Shown here piece by piece: positions 1 to 9,337 of a stretch of 64,000 nt of DNA. This stretch comes from Glycera tridactyla (lineage: Eukaryota), in the NCBI GenBank assembly GCA_965644265.1, contig OZ286471.1, positions 31,062,001 through 31,126,000 on the forward strand. The letters run 5' to 3'. A program made the translations under genes and the position numbers. The notes below the pieces were generated by a model. The model was not told the DNA's origin. It did not search any database and worked only from the letters and a program-made list of their open reading frames with translations. Numbering within the stretch: the first letter of the stretch is position 1; every line of letters begins with the position of its first letter.

Positions 1-1546
1 AAATACTTTGTCTTATTGATAAATTAACCAGGTATGCTAATATAGGGGAGATTATATGTGATGAAACTTTTACAAAATAACTATTAATCGTATCATGTCC
101 AGCAGCATTAGAGCTACTCAATTCCTTTATAGCGTTTTCAATGTAAGTTACATCAATTTCTGTTAATTCAAATTCACTATCTACAGGTATGTCTGATATT
201 TCTTGAGTTAGATTCGAATTCTTGAATTTTTCTGCCAGATTAGCACCCACAGATGCGAAATAATTGTTGACCTCATCCGCCACAATCTTCGGATCATCAA
301 CGTCAATATTAGTTGGTGAGACAGGAACTTTCTGTGTCAGAGGCCAGAATCTTTTGATTTCATGCCAGAGCTTTTTACTGTCTCCTTGAGTGCGTTGCAG
401 ACAATCAGCTATATAAGACTTCTTCAGTGAGTGTTTCAGGCGATTTTTGATTCGAAAAGCCTCTTTTTTCATTTCCATATTCAATAAGGTTGGATTTTTA
501 TTCTTTATCTTAGTACGGTATTCGCAATAATCAATATGACTCAAGTACTCATGGGTTACCCATGGTTGATGATCGATTTTGGCAGGGATAGATTTGGTTG
601 GGGCATGTCTATCCATGATATGTGTGAAAATTTCCTCAAACATCTTTGATGCAGCATTCATGTCGTTATTATTAGTGACGGGAGTCCAGTTTGTATGTTC
701 TAATTCACTATTGAATTTATCAATTGAAAAATTTCTAAAGGACCGAATCTCAATCATGTTTTTTATTCTATCTGCTGTTGGACGATGTCTCACTCCATAT
801 ACTAGGTGATGGTCACTTAACGATGGGTCAATCACACCCATCCTTTGATAGTAGTCAGGGCGATTGACCAAGAAATGATCTATACAGGTGCTTGATTCTT
901 TACTGATTCTGGTGGGTACCTTAATTAAATGATGAAGGCCTAAGTTTTCAATTGTTGATTGATAGGACTTGGTTTTATGATTATTTTCCGAGAGTAGATC
1001 AATATTAAGATCGCCTAGGACTATAATGTCTGCTATCCCTGAGAGTGATTCATGTTTGACTGTGTTCATTAAATGTGATAAAGCATCTTTCACTGAGCCG
1101 TCCGGCGGTCTGTAAATAAAGAAGTAGTAGGTCGGCCTGACTTTTTCGAGGATGAGTGTGAAGGTGATAATTTCAATCGATGGGTTGCACAAGCAGAGTT
1201 CTTCATTGAGATGTATGGTGTATTGGTCTTCATAGTATACTAATAGTCCACCTCCTCCTAATTTGCCGCTATTGATAGATCTGTCTTGCCGGATGAACTT
1301 ATATCCAGGGATGGACATCTTATCATCATGTATCGACTCATTTAGGAATGTCTCTGATAGACACAATATATCTATGCGACTTCTTAATAATAGGCTCGAG
1401 ATGTCGTCAAATTTTCTTACAATACTACATACATTATAAGCACCTGAGACAATTCCTTGTTGGTTGGACAAAGCTTTTGTACAGTATTCAAACTCATCAT
1501 CATTTTCAAGTGGAAAAGTAAATTTGGGCTTACGTGCCCACGGCAT
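1..1546 (-). CDS. LINE ORF2p N-terminal part: apurinic-like endonuclease, linker and start of reverse transcriptase (runs off the window)
   Basis: Manual translation from ATG 1546 is stop-free to base 1 (515 codons). APE motifs AYNVCS, DILCLSETFL, GGGLLVY, IYRPP, VLGDLNID, PTR..STCIDH, SDHHLV; then PWVT, KKLWHEIK, NNYFASVG and GHDTINSYFVK..SPILAYLVNLSI, typical of the CR1/L2 pre-RT region. Confidence 0.95.
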   Translation of the reverse strand, partial: MPWARKPKFTFPLENDDEFEYCTKALSNQQGIVSGAYNVCSIVRKFDDISSLLLRSRIDILCLSETFLNESIHDDKMSIPGYKFIRQDRSINSGKLGGGGLLVYYEDQYTIHLNEELCLCNPSIEIITFTLILEKVRPTYYFFIYRPPDGSVKDALSHLMNTVKHESLSGIADIIVLGDLNIDLLSENNHKTKSYQSTIENLGLHHLIKVPTRISKESSTCIDHFLVNRPDYYQRMGVIDPSLSDHHLVYGVRHRPTADRIKNMIEIRSFRNFSIDKFNSELEHTNWTPVTNNNDMNAASKMFEEIFTHIMDRHAPTKSIPAKIDHQPWVTHEYLSHIDYCEYRTKIKNKNPTLLNMEMKKEAFRIKNRLKHSLKKSYIADCLQRTQGDSKKLWHEIKRFWPLTQKVPVSPTNIDVDDPKIVADEVNNYFASVGANLAEKFKNSNLTQEISDIPVDSEFELTEIDVTYIENAIKELSSSNAAGHDTINSYFVKVSSHIISPILAYLVNLSIRQSI

Positions 1547-2397
1547 TGTGCAGGTTGAAAACAGTGGTGCTTGGTATCGTGGAAGTTGTTGTCGGGAGAG
1601 CAAAGAGTGTTATTGACAATTTCAGGAACAGTTGTGATATCAAAAACGATATATAAATAGTTGGTAAATAAATAAACCAGTGCAGCTAGAAGTATGGTGG
1701 AAAAGAGGAGCAGTAGAATGATGGTCTAGATGTCCCCTATCGTCGGTACGTCTTACTGAAATGTTTTAGGCAGGAAAACCAATGTCGTTCATACAAGCGA
1801 TAAGTCGACCTTTTGACCATAATGCAATAGATGCAACAGATGCACGATGCTTGATGGTTGATACAATTTCCGTGGTCAGACAGATACACAAAATACAAAT
1901 CAATACAAATCAATGAGATACAAAAATCGTTCATGATCAACTTTTCACTAATGATATGCGTTAGTTGTATTTCACCATTCTTGAGTCAGTATTGAGCACC
2001 AAACCAGCCACACCTTGTCGTATTCCGTATATGGTCTGTCTGGTCATGACTAGGTTTGGCCAGGTTATTGAACATATGAATGCAAACAGAATATGAATCT
2101 TGAAGAAACTTTATTAGTGTAAGGCAGATGCATTTTATGTGATTAGTCATCGTGTAATGAATAATAGTATTTGATAATGTGTAGGGAGCCAGGCAACGCA
2201 ATGCTGCCATTCCCACGATAAGTACGTCAAGTATTATATATGGATATATTTGGGGCCAGGCAGCGCAATACTGCCTTCCTTGTGACATTTCAGGTAAGTT
2301 CATGTTTTATTTGTATCGTGTGTAGTACGAGACTAATATTCATAAGAATGTGAGTATGGGCATATGCCATCCCCTGTCTACTATAATGTTTAATTAT

Positions 2398-3228
2398 TTA
2401 CTGGTTTAGTGACTTCCAGTGCTCCATAATCTTTGGCAGGATGTCTCGCAGGAGTGCTTGATATCCCAAGTTGTTGAGATGAATGTTATCATCTTGTAGA
2501 AAGCCTGGAAGGATATCATCCTGGTATCCTGAGCTCACACGGGGTTTATCCTTGTAATAATACAAGGTTCTTGTTGACAGCTGACGCACCGGATGGTCCA
2601 CTTTAAAGATTCCATAGAACTTATAGTTGATACAATCTGCCATGGCACGGCCATTGTCTTCCCACCAGATACGAGGAAATACTGGTACATGGCCTAACGG
2701 GACACCAGGGAAGGCTGCACAGATGTCGTCTACCAGATTGAAGACACAGGGGAACAATTCTTTATCCCATCTCAGTTTGTCTTCATAAGCTCTTTTCGCT
2801 ACAGTTTCAGGTAGAAGATCTTCATAGGCAGTGGATGTATATTTCTCAAAATTGTCACTGTCATTACCGCCTATAATGAGAACGATAAAGTTAGGTTTCC
2901 ATGCAGAGTTGACAATGGGGTCCCATTGATTTCCATATTTCAGGGTTTTTTCTGCGCTCATACCTTGTCCTTTTAGGTTTTCCAGGAGATTCCAAGTCTT
3001 TGCTCCTCCCACTCCCAATTCTACGGTATCCATGATAAATGGTCTTAGCTCACTGGTTGGGGGAAGTTGTCTCTTTGCCTTTGTTAGATGTACCACATGT
3101 GACGATCCTATAAACAGTATTTTTGGATGGCCGTGCCTGGCAAGTACGTGCTTCGCCTTCATCAATTTGTCTGGACCGACACAAGCGATTTTGTCTTCGG
3201 CTTTCTTCTGAGTGTCCACATTACACTC
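2398..3228 (-). CDS. SGNH/GDSL hydrolase (LINE ORF1-type esterase) encoded as a separate ORF or second exon
   Basis: All four SGNH blocks present: ILFIGSSHV (catalytic Ser), LGVGGAKT, IIGGNDSD, DNIHLNNLGY (DxxH). The ORF-track start is GTG; a splice acceptor precedes 3228; the first in-frame ATG is at 3162. Confidence 0.85.
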   Translation of the reverse strand, partial: ECNVDTQKKAEDKIACVGPDKLMKAKHVLARHGHPKILFIGSSHVVHLTKAKRQLPPTSELRPFIMDTVELGVGGAKTWNLLENLKGQGMSAEKTLKYGNQWDPIVNSAWKPNFIVLIIGGNDSDNFEKYTSTAYEDLLPETVAKRAYEDKLRWDKELFPCVFNLVDDICAAFPGVPLGHVPVFPRIWWEDNGRAMADCINYKFYGIFKVDHPVRQLSTRTLYYYKDKPRVSSGYQDDILPGFLQDDNIHLNNLGYQALLRDILPKIMEHWKSLNQ

Positions 3229-4315
3229 CTGAAACAGAGATTATTAGTGTATGAGCCCAACGGAGTTTTAATTTGAGGTCCCTGTTTTCTTATGTGATTG
3301 GAGCAATAATTCACATTCATACATTCCATAGATGATACTAATGCATTTACTCAATTTAATCAGCTTATGTAGGGTGAAAGTGGGTCTTTCAATTGATGGC
3401 AAGTTTCATGTAATGTTTTTGAAAAAAATATTCCGAATTGGTATAAGACCTTAGTTGATATTTTTGTTATTATTGATCTTATCACTTGAAATTAATAAAT
3501 ACTGAAATTTCATATTCTGGATTTTCCTTTTAAGATTTTGAAACTTCAGATTATATCATTCCATCTTATATTTTCGTCTCTTCGCCCACCCTGCAATTAA
3601 ATACTACTTCTTATATATCCCGACTGATGCTCACATGTTGTGCCTTGCCAAGTCAAGCACAATTATTTAATCAAGATGACACTACTTTTAGTATCACGTC
3701 ATCGATTTCATGTGAGAGTGTTTGCTCGGTTTGACTTTACCCTCAATCATAGGCATAGAGGATATATCACTACTATAGACACTTGCGCTCATATGTGTGC
3801 ATGTCTAAGTACAAATATCCTTGATTGTAACGTTTACCTCAGCATGACGAGAAATGACACAGATATATCTTGAGAGTTTCAATTGTTCTCCTGTCCCATG
3901 ATTGCATCTTATCGTACATGCTCTGACTAACGTGTGTCATGTGAGCATCTTCTATCAATACAGTGAGGACTCATATGGTGGTCTATTCAGACAGGTACTC
4001 CTGACCAACTGGTTCGCTATGCATGTTTACTCAAGCGTGACGAGTTATGGTCGTGCACGACACCCTTTCAATCCCAGGTTCATCGCGAAAAGCACGTAAA
4101 TAAATCTCCATGTTTGATTAATCGAATCTCCATGATTGATAAGTCAAGTCATATAACCATGCGATTTTCGATATTGACAAAACCAATGCATGCATGATTG
4201 GTTCGATAATGGTGAGTCGCGGTTCACATACGCTGGTGGGCGAAGTGTGTATTGGCATATATGGACAACGGCTATTACCTCTGAAAATTACCATGTACAG
4301 ACTCATTTTACTCAC

Positions 4316-4375
4316 TCGTTTAGTTGGTTCAGTAGGGTCATAGTGGCGACGATATAATGGTACATACGCCATCAT
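4316..4375 (-). CDS. Putative mini-exon (MMAYVPLYRRHYDPTEPTKR) spliced to the esterase exon
   Basis: ATGATGG starts 12 nt after the ORF1 stop; the exon ends CGA|GTGAGT (phase 0), matching the phase-0 acceptor at 3229. Confidence 0.5.
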
Positions 4376-4387
4376 CTACGATTCAAT

Positions 4388-7273
4388 TTAGTACCAGTGG
4401 GGAGGCTGTCGTTGTTGTTGTTGCCACTGACCACTGTATTGTGCGGTGTGTGTTGGGTAGTTGGCCTTACTATTGTTGCCATTCCACGCTAGGTGGGGAG
4501 GGGACATATGTGCCGGTTGAACAAACTGGTAGGGCCTGTCAGGTACAAAAGAGGGTGCATTGTATCGAAGGTAACTTTGATGATTGTTATAATTCTGGTC
4601 ATGTGGTGGAGAGCCTTGATTATAGTACTTATTTTCATTTCTGTTTTTGTTCTCATTTATGCTATAATAGTGGTTTGATTTGTCATATAGGTTCCTTGAT
4701 TTTCTTAGTTGTTCGTTGACCATTTGTTGGTGGAATTTTTGAGTAATAGTCATTTTATTCTGTGAACTGCCCCCAGTTTCTGTTTCAATTTCTATTGCGG
4801 ATTTTTGTTGGTTATTCTGAATTGGTGCCTCAGTGGATGCATTAACTTGTTCATCTGGAGTAATATCATTTTTCTTACTGTCGATACTGTTTTCAGTCGA
4901 TTCGTTAATTGTTTCTGTCACAAGTTCTGGTGGGCTGGTTGGTGATCTAGTGGCCCAGATAATACCATCATGGGTCCACACCCTGTGAAATATGTTCTTT
5001 TTCCTAGCTTGGCGTGCTGAAAAAAAGATGCTATTATTCTTTGAAATGAGAAATTCCTTCACAAACATTTGGGTACCAGTCAACAAGCCTTTCATCTTCA
5101 TGACTTTACGTTTAAGGTCAATGTCTTTGAAACGTACTAGGATCTGTTTTGACGGTTTACCTGTCCCGCCAATGAAAGTACATTTTGCAATATGCGAGCT
5201 ATTCATGTTTATACCCAGACTTTGTTGAATGAAATATGATACATTGTCTGTGATAGAGTAGTTCGGATTGATATCAATGCCTTCGACAATAACGGTGTTG
5301 AGCCTGTCCGATAGTTCCAATTGTTCGATCCTCGTTTTTATCTTTTCCAGATCAATTTCACGTGGTGGTGCCTGGGCAGGACCGTCAGCACTGGGTTCAA
5401 CTGTTTTATCAATGATTGATTTGATCTCTTTTTGTAACGATTTTAGTTTTTGTTCCTGCTTGACAAGTTCTTTTACAGTTTCTTCAGTAACATTCTTGTG
5501 CAGATCTTTTCCTATTTCATCTTTGTGCTTTGCTGCTATATTGTCGATAATATGAGTGCATTCCTTTTCAATTAGTTTACTCATATTTTTCTCTAATTTT
5601 TTCTCAACATTGGGGATAACCGACTGTGCGATGGAGATGTTCATCTCCGCTTTTAGATCAGTGATGATATCCGATTTCATCTCCAATCTCATTTCGTTTT
5701 TCAAGTCACATTTAACTTCCGCTTTGATGGATTTCAGTAGATCCTCCCACAATTCTTTCTTGATATCGTTTTTCAATTTGATTAGCCAATCATCTGTATC
5801 AGTTGACTTTGTGACAGCGGTAGGGGTGGGTATACTCGTAGACGTTGACATGCTTTTAGTGAGGTGCCACCTGATATCGCTTTTCAGGTGAGGCGTTATG
5901 CTTGCGTCCGTGCCCGGTTTAGCCGCGGAAGGGGGACAGTCTTCACGCAATGTGAGATTCCCTGTGGCTAATCTGGGGCCATCTGTCGGCACGGAGGGGA
6001 AGGTATCCGAGCACGCTGTTCCCCGCGGTTGGTCCGAGTCATTAGCTATGGGGGGACTGTCTTCACGCAATGTGAGATTCCCTGCCGATGACTCGGAGAC
6101 ATCTGCGGGTGGTTGTGAAGACGCCTCTGAACCAGGAGCATTTTCTTGTGTATCGTCTTGAATAATGTCGTCTAATGATTTGTTGTGCTGTCCAGGGATA
6201 AAAGAAGCTGGAATACAATCATTGTTTTCTTCATCTAAATCGGGAATGACGGATTCCATTGATTGATTAGCTTGATCAGAGTTATCTTCTTTTTCGTCAG
6301 TTTCAGAGGAATTATCCTGGAATTTCGGGTCCTCTAATAATTTTTGTTTCTTATCGATGCTATTTGATGCCAATGACTCAGGGGAAACGCAGTCTCTGAT
6401 ACGTTTTCTTTCCTGTTTGTTCAGGTCTGACATTTTTACCTGTCGTAAGTTGGTAGCATGTTTTGATGTAGATAGGTACTCAATAGGGAGCGCTTGCTTG
6501 TCTTCAGAGACATCATCAGGATCAATGTCGGTACCGAAGACCACTTTTTCAGATATTTCCACATCCGCAAAATCAAAACTCTTAGGAATAGCAATCGAGT
6601 GAGCACTATCAGATTCTGAGTCGGATTTCTTATGTTTATCACTCTTGTTATCTTTTAGTGCTTTAGGCGTAGATATGATTTCAATGCTGTCACTTAGACC
6701 ATGTCTGTTTTGTGTGCTAAGTGATGGTTCATGTTCATCGTTCTTGGTATCATTGCTGGCAATATGAACGACTGAGTTTTGAAGAAACGATATTGAGTCA
6801 GCGCTGTTCACTGTGCTCACGCCAGGGGGGCTGTCACCACGCAATGTGGGACTCCCTTCAACAAAAGTTGGGTTCGAGCATGTTGAGATGGTCAATTCAC
6901 TACTCGGACTGTCGCCTGTTCCAATAGTTAGTGAAGCATCGGAGTCACCGTCATGGGAGACGTCACGGTCGACTGACTCGGCACTCTCGCGGTTTGGTAA
7001 GCCAGCTTGATCATTAGCATTAATTGCACTCACGCTCGTACTGACTGACGGCTTATTCAGGTCAGCAGTGCTATGCTGCTCATCAGAGAACTCATCCATG
7101 ACGTTGGTTTTTAGCATTGGCGGCTGCTTAGTTGTATATTTAGCATTCACTGTATCATCGCTCACCGTGGAGCGTGGTGTCAATGTAAAGAATTTTTTGA
7201 AGCTACTCGTATCAAACACGATACCTGATGATTTGGGCTTCCCGGTCGATGTCTTCTTGGTATGCTTATCCAT
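4388..7273 (-). CDS. LINE ORF1p (~961 aa): S/D/E-rich disordered N-terminus, coiled coil, L1-type RRM plus CTD, Q/N/Y/P-rich tail
   Basis: ORF track 4388-7300 starts at TTG; the first ATG is at 7273. Coiled coil (LIKLKNDIKKELWEDL...LKSLQKEIK), then IEQLELSDRLNTVIVEGI...QILVRF...MFVKEFL...ARQARKK..RVWTHDGIIW, the hallmark of Crack/Daphne/L2-type ORF1. Confidence 0.88.
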   Translation of the reverse strand: MDKHTKKTSTGKPKSSGIVFDTSSFKKFFTLTPRSTVSDDTVNAKYTTKQPPMLKTNVMDEFSDEQHSTADLNKPSVSTSVSAINANDQAGLPNRESAESVDRDVSHDGDSDASLTIGTGDSPSSELTISTCSNPTFVEGSPTLRGDSPPGVSTVNSADSISFLQNSVVHIASNDTKNDEHEPSLSTQNRHGLSDSIEIISTPKALKDNKSDKHKKSDSESDSAHSIAIPKSFDFADVEISEKVVFGTDIDPDDVSEDKQALPIEYLSTSKHATNLRQVKMSDLNKQERKRIRDCVSPESLASNSIDKKQKLLEDPKFQDNSSETDEKEDNSDQANQSMESVIPDLDEENNDCIPASFIPGQHNKSLDDIIQDDTQENAPGSEASSQPPADVSESSAGNLTLREDSPPIANDSDQPRGTACSDTFPSVPTDGPRLATGNLTLREDCPPSAAKPGTDASITPHLKSDIRWHLTKSMSTSTSIPTPTAVTKSTDTDDWLIKLKNDIKKELWEDLLKSIKAEVKCDLKNEMRLEMKSDIITDLKAEMNISIAQSVIPNVEKKLEKNMSKLIEKECTHIIDNIAAKHKDEIGKDLHKNVTEETVKELVKQEQKLKSLQKEIKSIIDKTVEPSADGPAQAPPREIDLEKIKTRIEQLELSDRLNTVIVEGIDINPNYSITDNVSYFIQQSLGINMNSSHIAKCTFIGGTGKPSKQILVRFKDIDLKRKVMKMKGLLTGTQMFVKEFLISKNNSIFFSARQARKKNIFHRVWTHDGIIWATRSPTSPPELVTETINESTENSIDSKKNDITPDEQVNASTEAPIQNNQQKSAIEIETETGGSSQNKMTITQKFHQQMVNEQLRKSRNLYDKSNHYYSINENKNRNENKYYNQGSPPHDQNYNNHQSYLRYNAPSFVPDRPYQFVQPAHMSPPHLAWNGNNSKANYPTHTAQYSGQWQQQQRQPPHWY

Positions 7274-7316
7274 AACTCCGTTCAGTCGAACTTGTTCCAA
7301 ACTTCATTATTTCCAG

Positions 7317-8952
7317 GGAAAAAGCGACCTTTGCTCTCCACGATTTGAACTGGTTACCTACTCGTGAGCGCCATGTCAACATGGACGAAACTGGCCTATT
7401 CTTCCATTCAACCACCAAGAAATCATGGATAGCATCTGGCGTTGACTGTTTGGGCGGTAAAAACTCCAAGGAATGCGTCACATTGGCACTGGCAGCAAGT
7501 ATGACAGGTAAGTGTTCCGCCATCCCGACGTGTTTTCATTGTTTTCAATGTATGCAGATGCGCAGATCTCCACTGCGCAGCTTGTTTTTGCTATAGGCCC
7601 TGCCCACTTACTCAATTATTTTTCTTAGAAATGCGCAAATTTTCGTTATTGTATCATCAATGTGATCTGTCTAATCATAAAGAAATGATCATGGGGTTGA
7701 ATTGTAAAAGATCGGCTTTATTCGGGGAGCAGAGATGGAGACGGAGAGATGTTGCCTCGGCGGCGGTCAACGAGTCATGAGGACCAGCGCAGCCATACGC
7801 TTGTATATTCGTCTTCTGCGCATCTCGCATATTAATTTTTTTCACAAACATTCTTGATTTTCGAGATTCATATCACTATTGTCTTTTAGCCATTATTAGA
7901 AGGATGTTGGGGTTCGATTGTAAAAAAAATATTATGCATTATGGGATAGAAGACAAATTGCAAATGGCTGCCACAACATCTCAAAATGGAATAATACGTG
8001 GAGTTTTCGTTGTTTATGTCGTTCCTTCTCTAGGTAGGTGTCTGATTTTGACATCGGCCTTACTTTGCCCCTTTTCTTTTGTCATACAGGAGAGAAATAT
8101 CGGCCTCTACTGATCGGGAAATCTGCGAAACCACGTGCTTTCAAGGCTACCAGCATTGACAAGTTGCCTCTTACCTACAAATTCAAGAAGGAAGCGTGGA
8201 TGACGTCTGGCATCTTTGAAGAATGGCTGAGAGGGTTCAATTTGTAAATGAAAAGGCAGGGATGAAATGTCCTGCTGTTCCTCGACAATGCTCCGTGTCA
8301 TCCCGACCTTGGCAACCTGCTTTCCAACACCAAGCTGGTCTTCTTCCCGCCCAACACTACTTCATGCAGTCAGCTGCTTGACCAAGGGATAATCAAGAAT
8401 GTCAAGGATCATTACCGGATCAAGCAGCTGACACACACCAACCACTGGATGGATCTGTTCCCTCCCAAGACAGGCACAGACTCCATGAAGATCAATATGC
8501 TTCAAGATGTCCATTGGGTGCAGATGTCGTGGGACGCCGTCACCGAGCACTGCATTGCTCGTGTTTCGCCAAGGCCGGTTTCGGTGAGACCCCTGATGAC
8601 CCCGACCTTGATGAAGATGGGGTCCCTCTGAGAGCTATACAGCTTCCCAATCAACTCTTCAGGTGCGATTTTAGGGACTTGCTCCGACTTGACAGAGATC
8701 TACAGACCTGTGAACCCATGCGAGACTGGGAAGGGAAATTATTCAGTCCGTCACTGACAACGATGAAGATGATGACAGTGATGACCACAAGGATGATGAC
8801 AAGGATGATGCACCGCCTCCACTGCCAACACCACCGATGGGAAAGAAAAGCTTTTACAGAGTGTGATGCAGCTGATCGACGATGTGGACGCAAGTCATCT
8901 TCAAGCTGCAGCCCACCAGACAAAAATGGAGGACTTCTTCATGAAGAAGTGA
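7317..8952 (+). pseudogene. pogo/Tigger-family DDE_1 transposase (DD31D), decayed, with a spliceosomal intron at 7508-8089
   Basis: NMDETGLFF...GGKNSKECVTLALAASMTG|EKYRPLLIGKSAKPRAF...AWMTSGIFEEWL...FLDNAPCH-(31 aa between Asp)-LDQGII; in-frame stops near 8245 and 8263; frameshifts; acidic tail; C-terminal PIP box QTKMEDFF (8917-8940). Confidence 0.9.
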
Positions 8953-9150
8953 AATGAGCAGAAGTGATTTTTGTGCAGATGAGGTGATTTTTGTGTATTT
9001 TTTGTGTATTTTTTTGTGATTTGTGATTGATTTTGTGATATTTGGGTGATATTTGGGTGTTCCATGTGCTTTGGTACATGTGGATGTGATAATATAGAAG
9101 ATTCTGATGCGAAAATGAAGTGTTGGTGTTATTTGTTATCATATCGGTCA

Positions 9151-9240
9151 ACCAGTAGTGAAATCCTGTGCTAAGTGAAATCCTGTCTTAAGTGAAAAAA
9201 AATTTGGCCCGTGACTTTTCACTTAAGACAGGTTTTACTG
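9151..9240 (+). mobile_element. Right terminus of the pogo/Tigger element
   Basis: Repeated AGTGAAATCCTGT subterminal motifs ending ...ACAGGTTTTACTG followed by TA (9241-9242). Confidence 0.8.
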
Positions 9241-9276
9241 TAAGTGTATATCACATGTACCTCAGGTTGAATACAG

Positions 9277-9337
9277 AATTGCATTGGAAAGTCGCGTACA
9301 TTTTTGACCCGTAACGCATTTAACTGGGAAATTGCAG
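9277..9337 (+). CDS. Possible upstream exon of the GPI-anchored protein gene (NCIGKSRTFLTRNAFNWEIA)
   Basis: tacag|AAT...GCA G|gtaact ends in phase 1, compatible with the exon at 9421; the acceptor is weak. Confidence 0.3.

Larger units (their letters stand above)
1..7300 (-). mobile_element. Non-LTR retrotransposon (LINE, CR1/L2-like group), young, three-module layout; 3' part lies beyond the window start
   Basis: Three co-oriented uninterrupted reading frames: ORF1-like (4388-7273), SGNH esterase (2398-3228), APE endonuclease plus start of RT (1-1546). The 5' boundary (~7275-7305) abuts pogo sequence; TSD not visible. Confidence 0.9.

Noticed and set aside
1590-1725. Hydrophobic reading TIILLLLFSTILLAALVYLF upstream of ORF2
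   Set aside because: No start codon, not in the ORF2 frame, no 2A-like NPGP; explained by a pyrimidine tract.
1-3228. Helentron origin for the endonuclease and SGNH modules
   Set aside because: The endonuclease is N-terminal and followed by a LINE RT lead-in; no Rep or helicase motifs are seen.
4992-7367. Plus-strand ORFs overlapping LINE ORF1 (5268-5555, 5556-5891, 5898-6161 and others)
   Set aside because: Antisense shadows of a long coding frame; no motifs; mostly non-ATG starts.
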